Shown here: positions 9,486 through 18,832 of the stretch, one piece after another
Numbering within the stretch: the first letter of the stretch is position 1
Layout: the number at the start of each line of letters is the position of its first letter
Source: a virus
IMG/VR virus record: IMGVR_UViG_3300024496_000011
Direction: 5' to 3' (one strand)
DNA length: 64,000 nt
Program-made: the position numbers and the translations under genes
Notes under the pieces: model-generated
The model's input: the letters and a program-made list of their open reading frames with translations, nothing else
Database searches by the model: none
What the model was told of the DNA's origin: nothing

Positions 9486-10264
9486 ATGTTAAATTTATCA
9501 TAAAGTTTTACATTTTCTTCACCAATCACTTCTTCTGGTGGTGGTGAAGTTCTTTGAAGTTTAGACCGAATTTGATGAAGATTATCAATACCCCATTCGT
9601 GATCTTTTTCTTCGGCACAAGTATTAAAGATATTAGAAAGATCGTGAATGTGATTTTCTATTTCCAGAAACTCATAAATTTTCTTGAGTTCCTGTTCTGG
9701 ATTTTGTGTAAGATCATTATAATCTACTAGGTGAATATTGTCTCTGTAATTAGTCAAACCATAAACCAAACTTTCATAAGGATCGCAAACATAATTCTTC
9801 CAAAGACATTCAATACGATTGTCAGTATTGATTTCCTTTCCTTCTCTTTTTAAATGAGCATCTACAAAATTATCTGCTTCATTGTTTCTTTGAATGAGTA
9901 AGATATAAGAAGAAAGAACTTCACTAATTCTTCTGTTGGTTGCAATAATTTTTGGTTTTTGGTGAAGAAACTTTTCAATAGAAGAAACATTCTTGCACCA
10001 ACCACGATGTTTATCAAGAACGCAAGGTTTCTCTATGTGATTATAAAAGTTCTCAAGAATTGAATTGTAAGTGTTATATACTACTTGTGGTTTATCATAA
10101 GTATATTGTAAGTCTATTTTTGAAAAACCCTCATCAATCCAACAGAGCAAATCGGCAAGTGGTGATGTTGGAGTTGCTTGTAACTTTGGATGTTGTGAAA
10201 GAATTGAACCAAGTAAAGTAGAACCTGATCTTGGAAGACCAGAAAGGAAAAATAATGTTTTCAT
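9482..10264 (-). CDS. Sulfotransferase (PAPS-dependent)
   Basis: 5'-PSB P-loop FLSGLPRSGSTLLGSILSQHP; DKHRGW; YNDLTQNPEQELKKIYEFL. Confidence 0.85.
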   Translation of the reverse strand: MKTLFFLSGLPRSGSTLLGSILSQHPKLQATPTSPLADLLCWIDEGFSKIDLQYTYDKPQVVYNTYNSILENFYNHIEKPCVLDKHRGWCKNVSSIEKFLHQKPKIIATNRRISEVLSSYILLIQRNNEADNFVDAHLKREGKEINTDNRIECLWKNYVCDPYESLVYGLTNYRDNIHLVDYNDLTQNPEQELKKIYEFLEIENHIHDLSNIFNTCAEEKDHEWGIDNLHQIRSKLQRTSPPPEEVIGEENVKLYDKFNI

Positions 10265-10281
10265 AATTAAGAAATAATGTT

Positions 10282-11460
10282 TTACCGATAATCATCTATG
10301 TAGGTTGTTGCTGCTGCATGAGAATATCCACTAGCAACTTGTTTCCAATTAGTTCCTCCAGCGAATGTTGTTACTGGAGTGGATCTATTGGTTGTTGTAT
10401 TGTCTCCTAGTTGTCCACTACTATTACGACCCCAAGTCCATAAGGTTCCATCAGTTTTGACTGCTGCTGTATAATTGCCAGCACTAGCAACTTGTTTCCA
10501 GTTAGTTCCTCCTGCGAATGTAGTGACTGGAGTTAGTCTATTGGTCCCTGATGTGTTGTCTCCTAGTTGTCCATAAGAATTACGACCCCAAGTCCATAAG
10601 GTTCCATCGGTTTTAATTGCTGCAGTATGATATCCATTAGCACTAAAAGCAACTTGTTTCCAATTAGTTCCTCCAGCGAATGTTGTTACTGGAGTGGATC
10701 TATCAGTTGCTGCATTGTCTCCTAGTTGTCCACTATTATTACGACCCCAAGTCCATAAGGTTCCATCAGTTTTGATTGCTAATGTATGTAGACTTCCTGC
10801 ACTTACTTGTTTCCAGTTAGTTCCTCCTGCGAATGTGGTGACTGGAGTTTGTCTTTGGGTTGTTGTATTGTCTCCTAGTTGTCCACTACTATTACGACCC
10901 CAAGTCCATAAGGTTCCATCGGTTTTAATTGCTGCTGTATGAATTTGACCACAAGCAACTTGTTTCCAGTTGGTTCCTCCTGCGAATGTAGTGACTGGAA
11001 TGGATCTATTGGTTGATGTATTGTCTCCTAGTTGTCCATAAGCATTACTCCCCCAAGTCCATAAGGTTCCATCAGTTTTGATTGCTAATGTATGTAGATT
11101 TCCTGCACTTACTTGTTTCCAGTTAGTTCCTCCTGCGAATGTGGTGACTGGAGTGGATCTATCAGTTGTTGTATTGTCTCCTAGTTGTCCAGTAATATTA
11201 TAACCCCAAGTCCATAGGGTTCCATCTGTTTTGATTGCTACTGTATTATTTACTCCAGCAAAAACTTGTTTCCAGTTTGCTCCGCCAGCAAGTGTTGTGA
11301 CTGGAGTGGATCTATTGGGTGCTGTATTGTCTCCTAGTCGTCCAGAAGAATTATTACCCCAAGTCCATAAGTTCCCCTGCCTAAAAGCATCAGCAGGGAC
11401 GAAAACATCGTCAAAGTTATATGAGAGACCGTCTTGTAAAAAGTTATAAAAGTTTGGCAT
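10282..11460 (-). CDS. RCC1-repeat seven-bladed beta-propeller protein (paralog 4)
   Basis: Seven ~53-aa repeats [22 protein letters not shown]...[15 protein letters not shown]. Confidence 0.9.
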   Translation of the reverse strand: MPNFYNFLQDGLSYNFDDVFVPADAFRQGNLWTWGNNSSGRLGDNTAPNRSTPVTTLAGGANWKQVFAGVNNTVAIKTDGTLWTWGYNITGQLGDNTTTDRSTPVTTFAGGTNWKQVSAGNLHTLAIKTDGTLWTWGSNAYGQLGDNTSTNRSIPVTTFAGGTNWKQVACGQIHTAAIKTDGTLWTWGRNSSGQLGDNTTTQRQTPVTTFAGGTNWKQVSAGSLHTLAIKTDGTLWTWGRNNSGQLGDNAATDRSTPVTTFAGGTNWKQVAFSANGYHTAAIKTDGTLWTWGRNSYGQLGDNTSGTNRLTPVTTFAGGTNWKQVASAGNYTAAVKTDGTLWTWGRNSSGQLGDNTTTNRSTPVTTFAGGTNWKQVASGYSHAAATTYIDDYR

Positions 11461-11461
11461 A

Positions 11462-12637
11462 TTATTGATAATCGTCTATGTATGTGGTTGCTGCTGTATG
11501 ACCAGTTGCACCAGCAACTTGTTTCCAGTTGGTTCCTCCTGCAAATGTAGTAACTGGAGTGGATCTAGTGGTTGTTGTATTGTTTCCTAGTTGTCCGGTA
11601 GAATTTTGCCCCCAAGTCCATAAGGTTCCATCTGTTTTGACTGCTGCTGCGCTCGTTGCACCAATAAAAAAAACTTGTTTCCAGTTGGTTCCTCCTGCAA
11701 ATGTAGTAACTGGAGTGGATCTAGTGGTTGCTGTATTGTCTCCTAGTTGTCCAGTAGCGTTATAACCCCAAGTCCATAAGGTTCCATCGGTTTTGATTGC
11801 TGATACAGACCACGCCCTTGCGGATAAACCAATCTGTTTCCAGTTGGTTCCTCCTGCAAATGTAGTGACTGGAGTTAGTCTTTGGGTTGTTGTATTGTCT
11901 CCTACTTGTCCATAAGAATTAAAACCCCAAGTCCACAAAGTACCATCAGTTTTGATTGCTGCTGTATATCTATATCCACAAACAACTTGTTTCCAGTTGG
12001 TTCCTCCTGCAAATGTAGTAACTGGAGTTAGTCTATTAGTGAATGCTTGATTAATTCCTGCACCGTTAGGAATCCCCCAAATCCATAAGGTTCCATCAGT
12101 TTTTATTGCAGCAGTGTTCCAGTCACCGTTAGTAGATTGTTTCCAGTTGGTTCCTCCTGCAAATGTAGTAACTGGAGTTAGTCTATTGGTTGTTGTATTG
12201 TCTCCTATCGTTCCATTAGCATTACTCCCCCAAGTCCATAAGGTTCCATCAGTTTTGATTGCAGTAAAATTATATCCACCAGCAACTTGTTTCCAGTTGG
12301 TTCCTCCTGCAAATGTTGTGACTGGAGTGGATCTATCGGTTGTTGTATTGTCTCCTAGTCTTCCAGCATAATTACGACCCCAAGTCCATAAGGTTCCATC
12401 AGTTTTGATTGCTGCCATAGCTTGTAAATGGCAACCAGTAACTTGTTTCCAGTTTGCGCCACCAGCAAGTGTTGTGACTGGAGTGTTTCTTTGGGTTGTT
12501 GTATTGGTTCCTAGTTGTCCATAAGAATTACGACCCCAAGTCCATAAGTTTCCCTGCCTAAAAGCATCAGCAGTTACAAAAAGATCATCAACAGCAGCAG
12601 TTGTTCCAAAAATACTAGTGGAAAAATTGGTAGGCAT
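11462..12637 (-). CDS. RCC1-repeat seven-bladed beta-propeller protein (paralog 3)
   Basis: Seven repeats with the same framework; shares N-terminal DAFRQGNLWTWG and C-terminal TYIDDY with paralog 4. Confidence 0.9.
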   Translation of the reverse strand: MPTNFSTSIFGTTAAVDDLFVTADAFRQGNLWTWGRNSYGQLGTNTTTQRNTPVTTLAGGANWKQVTGCHLQAMAAIKTDGTLWTWGRNYAGRLGDNTTTDRSTPVTTFAGGTNWKQVAGGYNFTAIKTDGTLWTWGSNANGTIGDNTTTNRLTPVTTFAGGTNWKQSTNGDWNTAAIKTDGTLWIWGIPNGAGINQAFTNRLTPVTTFAGGTNWKQVVCGYRYTAAIKTDGTLWTWGFNSYGQVGDNTTTQRLTPVTTFAGGTNWKQIGLSARAWSVSAIKTDGTLWTWGYNATGQLGDNTATTRSTPVTTFAGGTNWKQVFFIGATSAAAVKTDGTLWTWGQNSTGQLGNNTTTTRSTPVTTFAGGTNWKQVAGATGHTAATTYIDDYQ

Positions 12638-13005
12638 TAGAGAACTTCCCAGTTATTATCTTTTGAGTAAAAAACAGAAGTATTCATGATACTACTCCAA
12701 TTTCTAAAATATTCTAGTATATCTTTATTTATTTCTTTTTTAATTGAAACCAGTTTAAGATACTGACCTTTCTCATTATTTTCTACTGAAACAAGAACAC
12801 CACACTTATCAGGTCTCATTTCTTCTGCTAAAAGTTCTTGTGCCCAAGCACAGAAATATCCCTCACATAATTTTGGTCTTGCCTTATGAACACTACACCC
12901 AGTATCACACAAAAACTTACAAGACTTTCCACCACCAAACTCATATCCATAAGCAGAACCCTGTAACCAAGTGCAACAGGCAGTGCATTCTCCACACTCT
13001 CTCAT
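12637..13005 (-). CDS. YkgJ/flagellin N-methylase-like cysteine-cluster protein
   Basis: CGECTACC...C.FL...GC.VH..RP..C..YFCAW. Confidence 0.7.
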   Translation of the reverse strand: MRECGECTACCTWLQGSAYGYEFGGGKSCKFLCDTGCSVHKARPKLCEGYFCAWAQELLAEEMRPDKCGVLVSVENNEKGQYLKLVSIKKEINKDILEYFRNWSSIMNTSVFYSKDNNWEVL

Positions 13006-13706
13006 AAGTATTCCACCTCACTAAAGTAATGTGTATAAGGTTCATAGTCACTCATACCTTTCTTTAATGGAATGGGATGATTGTCGGCAATGTAATCACT
13101 ATCAGTATACTCCATAAATGACTTTGCTTTTACATTCTTATTCGTTCCAATCCAAAACTCTCTATCAAAACGATAATCAGTATTCAAATAACTATGGTCT
13201 AGTGTTTGTATATATGAAGCATTTGCCCACCAGAAGTTCCCACAGTAGCATCCAAGACCTTCGTTACTCGTCATAGTCCCATCACCCCATAAAGTCGGTC
13301 CTAGAGGTTTATAGGTCTGTCCTACGCAGTCATAGTTATTCAAATATTCTACACACTCTTTCCATCGGTCAATCACAAAGTATTCCATCATCAATCTCCA
13401 AGAGTTTGCAACAAGAGTTTCTTTGCTTGCTCCTTTCATATGAAAATACAAAATCTTATAGTCTGGATTTTCATAAGCAAAATTCTTAAGTGCAATCAGA
13501 GTTTCTGTTTCTTCTTTCCAATTAGTATTATAAACTACTTTTGCTTTTTCAGGAACATTAAACATCTCTTGATCACCATTCACACCAATATGAATGTAAT
13601 CAGCAGCATCAATTAATCCAGAACAATAAAGTCTATGAATTTGAGATTGATACACAAAAGCACCCATACCTGACTGAAAAGTATGATAAAAGATTGCAAT
13701 TTTCAT
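13002..13706 (-). CDS. Putative glycosyltransferase-like protein (234 aa)
   Basis: ILYFHMKG, YCGNFWWANASYI and R...EFWIG motifs of a family often found in viral glyco clusters; ATGA-coupled on both sides. Confidence 0.45.
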   Translation of the reverse strand: MKIAIFYHTFQSGMGAFVYQSQIHRLYCSGLIDAADYIHIGVNGDQEMFNVPEKAKVVYNTNWKEETETLIALKNFAYENPDYKILYFHMKGASKETLVANSWRLMMEYFVIDRWKECVEYLNNYDCVGQTYKPLGPTLWGDGTMTSNEGLGCYCGNFWWANASYIQTLDHSYLNTDYRFDREFWIGTNKNVKAKSFMEYTDSDYIADNHPIPLKKGMSDYEPYTHYFSEVEYL

Positions 13707-14470
13707 AATGAATATCTATCTCCATCCATACCTTTAATCAAATCAAATCCAAGAACTGGAACATTTAAAATCTTATCTCTGTCTATAAAATGATAAAAAG
13801 AATGTTCAATATCAATTCCAGCAGTCAATTGAATTGCCCTCTCCATATATTCAAAACTTCTTTGAAGAACATTGAAAATATCATTGAACAAAAATCTATC
13901 AAATGACCACAAACCAGTCACAATACTTCCCTTACATCCATAAAGAGTTGCATATATGTTTTCAATATCTTCAAATCTTTCTTCATAGTCATAATATTTC
14001 ATTACATACTTATTCATCAAGAACCTAGTTTTGTAATCATTAATATCAAAGTATTCATTCAGTTTATATCTACCACTTAGTTTGAATACTCTTGTTGCAT
14101 CATTAAAAATATTATGCTCCATCATATGATTTAGAACTAATTGCAAACATCTACATTCCAACATAGATTTTACAAATGTAAATTTATCTGGGTCTCTATG
14201 AAGATTTTCATATAGAGATTTCATATATGGGTCATCACCACATTCAATAAACAAATCACTTTTCTCTATAAACTTCTCCTTATACTCTTCTTTAATAAGA
14301 GTTTCAGAACCTTCATAGATTAGAATATAAGCATCGGGAACTTTATCTTTGATTGATTGAATAGTATCTAATGTCTGCTGAAATCTTTCTTCCGATTTAA
14401 ATGCACTTAAATCATCTTCCTTAAAATGATTAATCGCAGATCCAACTAAAAACAAAAACTTATAGTTCAT
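13703..14470 (-). CDS. Putative glycosyltransferase-like protein (255 aa)
   Basis: R..QTL.TI.SI..K.P...I...EGS and VFKLSGRY motifs; context in the GT cluster. Confidence 0.45.
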   Translation of the reverse strand: MNYKFLFLVGSAINHFKEDDLSAFKSEERFQQTLDTIQSIKDKVPDAYILIYEGSETLIKEEYKEKFIEKSDLFIECGDDPYMKSLYENLHRDPDKFTFVKSMLECRCLQLVLNHMMEHNIFNDATRVFKLSGRYKLNEYFDINDYKTRFLMNKYVMKYYDYEERFEDIENIYATLYGCKGSIVTGLWSFDRFLFNDIFNVLQRSFEYMERAIQLTAGIDIEHSFYHFIDRDKILNVPVLGFDLIKGMDGDRYSL

Positions 14471-15143
14471 AAAAGCACGATGAATGATGTGAAATAATCT
14501 TTTGACCTTCTAATATATTATTTACTCGTGTTGTCCAAAGGTCTGGTATTTGATCTTTAAATTTACTAATTCTAAACCAGTGATAAGTTGCAGGATATAA
14601 AGTTCCTGTTCCATACATTCCATACCCAGAAAGTTTGTATTCTTCCGGACCATCATAACCAACTGGATACATTAATTGATAAGGCATTCCAATCTGATCT
14701 GCTCTCAATGTAAGAAGTTGTGCAGTATCTATTTGAACTCCATTCTGAATAAACCAAGCAAAGTCTGGATTACCCAAAGTATTCCAAGCATCTTTGGTAA
14801 CAATCAAACAAGAAGCAGCAGCATAGATATGATTTCTCATATGCGTATGAGAAATATTTTGAGCATTACCAACAAAAGATTTATTTTCTATTGCCCAGTT
14901 GTATGCTTTTTCTAGAAGTTCTTTACTATGTGGGAGACAATCAATATCTAAGAAGCAAGAAACTTCTTCTTGCTCCATCACAGAAGTCATAAACTTTCCG
15001 TGAGCAGTATAAAGAGTATCATAATCATCTATTGCATCTTGAATATGATAAGTCACATCAATGCCAATATGATTACAGACTTTCTTATGATCTTCCATTA
15101 GTTGCTCTGGAAGATTTTTTGTATAAAAGGTATGAAATCTCAT
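14460..15143 (-). CDS. GT-A-fold glycosyltransferase-like protein (227 aa)
   Basis: CFLDIDCLP DxD motif; H..AAASCL; DTAQ.LT. Confidence 0.6.
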   Translation of the reverse strand: MRFHTFYTKNLPEQLMEDHKKVCNHIGIDVTYHIQDAIDDYDTLYTAHGKFMTSVMEQEEVSCFLDIDCLPHSKELLEKAYNWAIENKSFVGNAQNISHTHMRNHIYAAASCLIVTKDAWNTLGNPDFAWFIQNGVQIDTAQLLTLRADQIGMPYQLMYPVGYDGPEEYKLSGYGMYGTGTLYPATYHWFRISKFKDQIPDLWTTRVNNILEGQKIISHHSSCFYEL

Positions 15144-15595
15144 AAGTAGTCTGTATTAAAACTGATTACGGTTCTTTGTTCTTTTTCTGGTTCAGTGTAA
15201 TGTTCCATTTCACTTGGAAATAAAACTAACAAACCATTTTTTGGTTTGATTTGTTCTGTAGAAAAAATAAGAGGAACTGAATTTTCCCCCACATTTACAT
15301 AGAAAGCACCACTTACGATACTGTCTTCGTGTTTGTGTATTTTTAGTTCATCACCCACATTCATTGTATTAAACCAACTGTTAATAATTTGAAGTGGTTT
15401 TTGATAATACTCATTCAAGTGTTTCTGAATAATCTTTTTTAAGTCAAAGAGTTGTGGATGTTCTAGAATAGGCATTCCATAATTATAACTTGAAACTCCA
15501 CCAGTTACAAGTCCATGTTCTCTTGCTTGTGTTGAGTAAAGTATTTTGAGTATCTTTTCTAGATTTAAAAAAGATAAGTCATACTGCTTTATCAT
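15140..15595 (-). CDS. Putative 2OG-Fe(II) oxygenase
   Basis: WFN...HKH...SGAFYV...LFPSEMEHYT...RTVISFN (HxH...H...R pattern). Confidence 0.8.
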   Translation of the reverse strand: MIKQYDLSFLNLEKILKILYSTQAREHGLVTGGVSSYNYGMPILEHPQLFDLKKIIQKHLNEYYQKPLQIINSWFNTMNVGDELKIHKHEDSIVSGAFYVNVGENSVPLIFSTEQIKPKNGLLVLFPSEMEHYTEPEKEQRTVISFNTDYL

Positions 15596-16928
15596 TCATA
15601 AACTCTCCAAACTCTTTGATAGGTGCATCCCAAGTTCTTGGTTTCTTTTGACGAAACAAATGAACATTATCCCCATACCACATACACTTTCCAGTAGAAG
15701 AAGTCCAAACATAATATTCCATAATCGGAACAAAAACACAAACTTCTTTACCCATAGATGCTGCGACATGAGCAACAAAACTACAAGAAGTCACAACCAA
15801 ATCAAGGTTCATAATGATTGAGAATGTGTCAGCATATTCTCTGTTAGGAACTGACAGTGACTGTTTGATTTCTGGATAATCATTTGCATCCTTATTATCA
15901 GTATAAGTTTGAAGTGAATACAATGAGTATCCTTTGTTTCTCAGAACACTCATATAATCTTTGAGTTCTACTGACCTGAAAGAATTCTGTTCAAATCCAG
16001 AACTAGATGCCCAGAACATACCAACTTTATACCCAGTATCTTCTTTCATCCACTCCCACTTTTTATCAAACTCTGGAATTGTTGAAAGATAAGGTTCTCT
16101 TCCCATATCTTTGAGTTCCAAATTAAGATAATAAGGAAGTGCAAGACCATAAACCCAACAGGCATCTTTTGGAAACTCTGGTTTGTCCCAAATACAAACA
16201 GCATCATAACCATTATGTTTGAAGAGTTCTACAAGTTCTCTACGAGTAGAACTCCAAATTGGTTTCATTCCAAGTTCTTTGAGATGCTTCATAAACCGAA
16301 TATGAATAACCTCATCCCCAGCACCACATTGATTATCAACGATGATGGTTCTTCCTTGAGTTACAGTTCCATCCCACTTTTCAAAATCAGGATGCTTTTG
16401 ATTTTTGTATGCCTCAACCTCTCCTGCTTTGAGAAAGTGTTGAAGACCAGTATGAATATCATCCTTACGGAAGTAATGTCCGGATAGATTATGATATGCT
16501 TTTCGTTCAATCTCTTCTGGTAGTTTCTTTTGAAGGAGATTGAATAGAAGTTTTTCTGATTTCTCTTTCTGATTCAGTGCAGAATATGCAAAAGTTTCTT
16601 CCAGAAGAAGTTCAGTGTCTGTTGGATTTACCTTCTTACACTTTTCAATTTGAGTAATAGACTTCTCTGGATGATTTGATTGATTATAAGCATTAATCAG
16701 ATTCATAGAGGTAGTATATTTCTCCTCCTTTGTCTGTGCTAACTTAAGAGACTTTTCTCCATACTCAATTGCTTTGGAGAAGTTTTTAAGTTCAAAAAAT
16801 ATCTTTGCAATCTCATCATACTGTGAAAATGCTTGTGCTTGTTTTCCAAAGGCATCAAGAAGTTCAAAAGTTAGTTGTTGTTCTTTAAATGAATATAAGG
16901 TCTTTGCAACTAGTTCAAGTGGATTCAT
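15579..16928 (-). CDS. TPR-repeat protein with C-terminal GT-B (GT9-like) glycosyltransferase domain (449 aa)
   Basis: Helical TPR-like N-half; WDG...I.V..Q.G.GDE.I..RF and DLVVTSCSFVAHVAASMG motifs of the TPR-GT9 family. Confidence 0.75.
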   Translation of the reverse strand: MNPLELVAKTLYSFKEQQLTFELLDAFGKQAQAFSQYDEIAKIFFELKNFSKAIEYGEKSLKLAQTKEEKYTTSMNLINAYNQSNHPEKSITQIEKCKKVNPTDTELLLEETFAYSALNQKEKSEKLLFNLLQKKLPEEIERKAYHNLSGHYFRKDDIHTGLQHFLKAGEVEAYKNQKHPDFEKWDGTVTQGRTIIVDNQCGAGDEVIHIRFMKHLKELGMKPIWSSTRRELVELFKHNGYDAVCIWDKPEFPKDACWVYGLALPYYLNLELKDMGREPYLSTIPEFDKKWEWMKEDTGYKVGMFWASSSGFEQNSFRSVELKDYMSVLRNKGYSLYSLQTYTDNKDANDYPEIKQSLSVPNREYADTFSIIMNLDLVVTSCSFVAHVAASMGKEVCVFVPIMEYYVWTSSTGKCMWYGDNVHLFRQKKPRTWDAPIKEFGEFMNDKAV

Positions 16929-16951
16929 ATTTTTGAGTATGATATAGAAGT

Positions 16952-16980
16952 ATTATATCAGATATTAGATGCCCTGTAAA
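16952..16980 (-). promoter_or_regulatory. sigma70-type promoter inside the accessory island
   Basis: TTTACA (16980-16975), 17 nt, TATAAT (16957-16952), with TG at the extended -10 position; directly upstream of the TPR-GT ATG at 16928. Confidence 0.7.
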
Positions 16981-18161
16981 TCGTCAGAGGTTCTTATTGC
17001 TGCTGTATGAGTTTCTCCACCAGAAACTTGTTTCCAATTGGTTCCTCCCGCGAATGTTGTGACTGGAGTGCATCTATTGGTTGTTGTATTGTCTCCTAGT
17101 TGTCCATAAAAATTCCACCCCCAAGTCCACAAGGTTCCATCAGTCTTGATTGCTGCAATATTATTAATAGTACAAGAAACTTGTTTCCAGTTGGTTCCTC
17201 CTGCGAAGGTAGTGATTGGAGTTAGTCTTTGAGTATTGTCATTGACTCCTAGTCCACCAAATCCAGCCGATCCCCAAGTCCATAAGGTTCCATCGGTTTT
17301 AATTGCTGCTGTATGAGTACCACAAGCAACTTGTTTCCAATTAGTTCCTCCTGCGAATGTTGTGACGGGTGTTAGTCTGTCTGTAAATGTATTATCTCCT
17401 ATTGCCCTCCCACCATTAGATCCCCAAGTCCATAAGGTTCCATCGGTTTTAATTGCTGCTGTATGGAATTGCCCCCCAGCAACTTGTTTCCAATTGGTTC
17501 CTCCTGCGAATGTCGTGACTGGAGTGGATCTATTGGTTGTCGTATTGTCTCCTATAGCACCAAAAAAACTACGACCCCAAGTCCATAAGGTTCCATCGGT
17601 TTTGATTGCTGCTGTATGATAACCTCCACAAGCAACTTGTTTCCAGTTGGTTCCTCCAGCGAATGTAGTGACTGGAGTGGATCTATTGGTTGCTGTATTG
17701 TCTCCTAGTTTTCCATAAGAATTATCGCCCCAAGTCCATAAGGTTCCGTCAGTTTTGATTGCTACACTAGTCCCCCTTCCACCAGAAACTTGTTTCCAGT
17801 TGGTTCCTCCAGCGAATGTCGTGACTGGAGTGGATCTATCGGTTGTATTATTGGTTCCTAATTGTCCAAGATTATTACGACCCCAAGTCCATAAGGTTCC
17901 ATCAGTCTTGATTGCTATTGTAACAAGGTATCCAGCAGCAACTTGTTTCCAGTTTGCGCCACCAGCAAGTGTTGTGACTGGAGTGGATCTATCGGTTCCT
18001 GTATTGTCTCCAATAGCAAATATATTACGACCCCAAGTCCATAATTCCGGAGTGATTAACTGACCAGCAATCTGCGGATACACAGACATCAAATAGTCTT
18101 TAGATATAAAACGATTACCTAAATCGCCATCAGATGAACTTGTAAAATTAATATTAGGCAT
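16965..18161 (-). CDS. RCC1-repeat seven-bladed beta-propeller protein (paralog 2)
   Basis: Seven repeats with the same framework. Confidence 0.9.
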   Translation of the reverse strand: MPNINFTSSSDGDLGNRFISKDYLMSVYPQIAGQLITPELWTWGRNIFAIGDNTGTDRSTPVTTLAGGANWKQVAAGYLVTIAIKTDGTLWTWGRNNLGQLGTNNTTDRSTPVTTFAGGTNWKQVSGGRGTSVAIKTDGTLWTWGDNSYGKLGDNTATNRSTPVTTFAGGTNWKQVACGGYHTAAIKTDGTLWTWGRSFFGAIGDNTTTNRSTPVTTFAGGTNWKQVAGGQFHTAAIKTDGTLWTWGSNGGRAIGDNTFTDRLTPVTTFAGGTNWKQVACGTHTAAIKTDGTLWTWGSAGFGGLGVNDNTQRLTPITTFAGGTNWKQVSCTINNIAAIKTDGTLWTWGWNFYGQLGDNTTTNRCTPVTTFAGGTNWKQVSGGETHTAAIRTSDDLQGI

Positions 18162-18810
18162 TTTGAGTTACTGGATTTGAAACTGGAGGAGTAATTTCAA
18201 CTTCATAAACTGCTTCTTTTGTTTCACAAGCATCAATTTCTTGAAGTTTTGCAAGTTCCCAATCATATGCTTCTTGAACTTTTGCATCAATTGCGGCAAT
18301 AATAGTTTGAAGATCTGCTTTTGTCACTTCTACCCATACACCATTCGCAAACTTAAAATTAAAAGGACCGTCACCAGAAACTACTTTTGAAGTCAGAGCA
18401 AGTCTATTTTCTCTATCAGTAGAAACAGTAACTTCAGTATCATTTACAGTAACTTTAATTGTAGTATTTTCTCTGCGTTGCCTTTCTGGTTTTACTTGTA
18501 ATTTATATACTTCTTTAATATCTTCTAGAGTTCTATCTGCTTTCCAATAATTAAAGACTACTTCATCCTCTTTGATTTCGTGAACAGGACCATAAAGATA
18601 CTCATATCTCGGATCAAATTCTGGTTGCTGATTTCTTGTAGGAAGAATTTTTACTTCATCAGTAATTGATAAAGGAACATTCTGATAGTCAGAAGAACTA
18701 ACTCTAAATCTTTCAGGAAGTTCAAGTTCTTCCAGTTCGGAGTTAATCATTCTAACATTAAAACCAATGGGTCCTAATAGTAATTCTTGACCATTAACGA
18801 GTGCGTACAT
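18154..18810 (-). CDS. DUF4376-like tail fibre assembly/chaperone-type protein
   Basis: C-terminal V.TDRE.R....S......WK..NG.WV..T..DL..I......VQ.A.DWE pattern; late promoter ATAAATA at 18830-18836. Confidence 0.65.
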   Translation of the reverse strand: MYALVNGQELLLGPIGFNVRMINSELEELELPERFRVSSSDYQNVPLSITDEVKILPTRNQQPEFDPRYEYLYGPVHEIKEDEVVFNYWKADRTLEDIKEVYKLQVKPERQRRENTTIKVTVNDTEVTVSTDRENRLALTSKVVSGDGPFNFKFANGVWVEVTKADLQTIIAAIDAKVQEAYDWELAKLQEIDACETKEAVYEVEITPPVSNPVTQNA

Positions 18811-18832
18811 ATCCTTATAGTTTTTCTTTTAT

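Noticed and set aside
10694-18063. Plus-strand ORFs of 70-100 aa reading '[13 protein letters not shown]'
   Set aside because: Antisense shadows of the RCC1 repeats.
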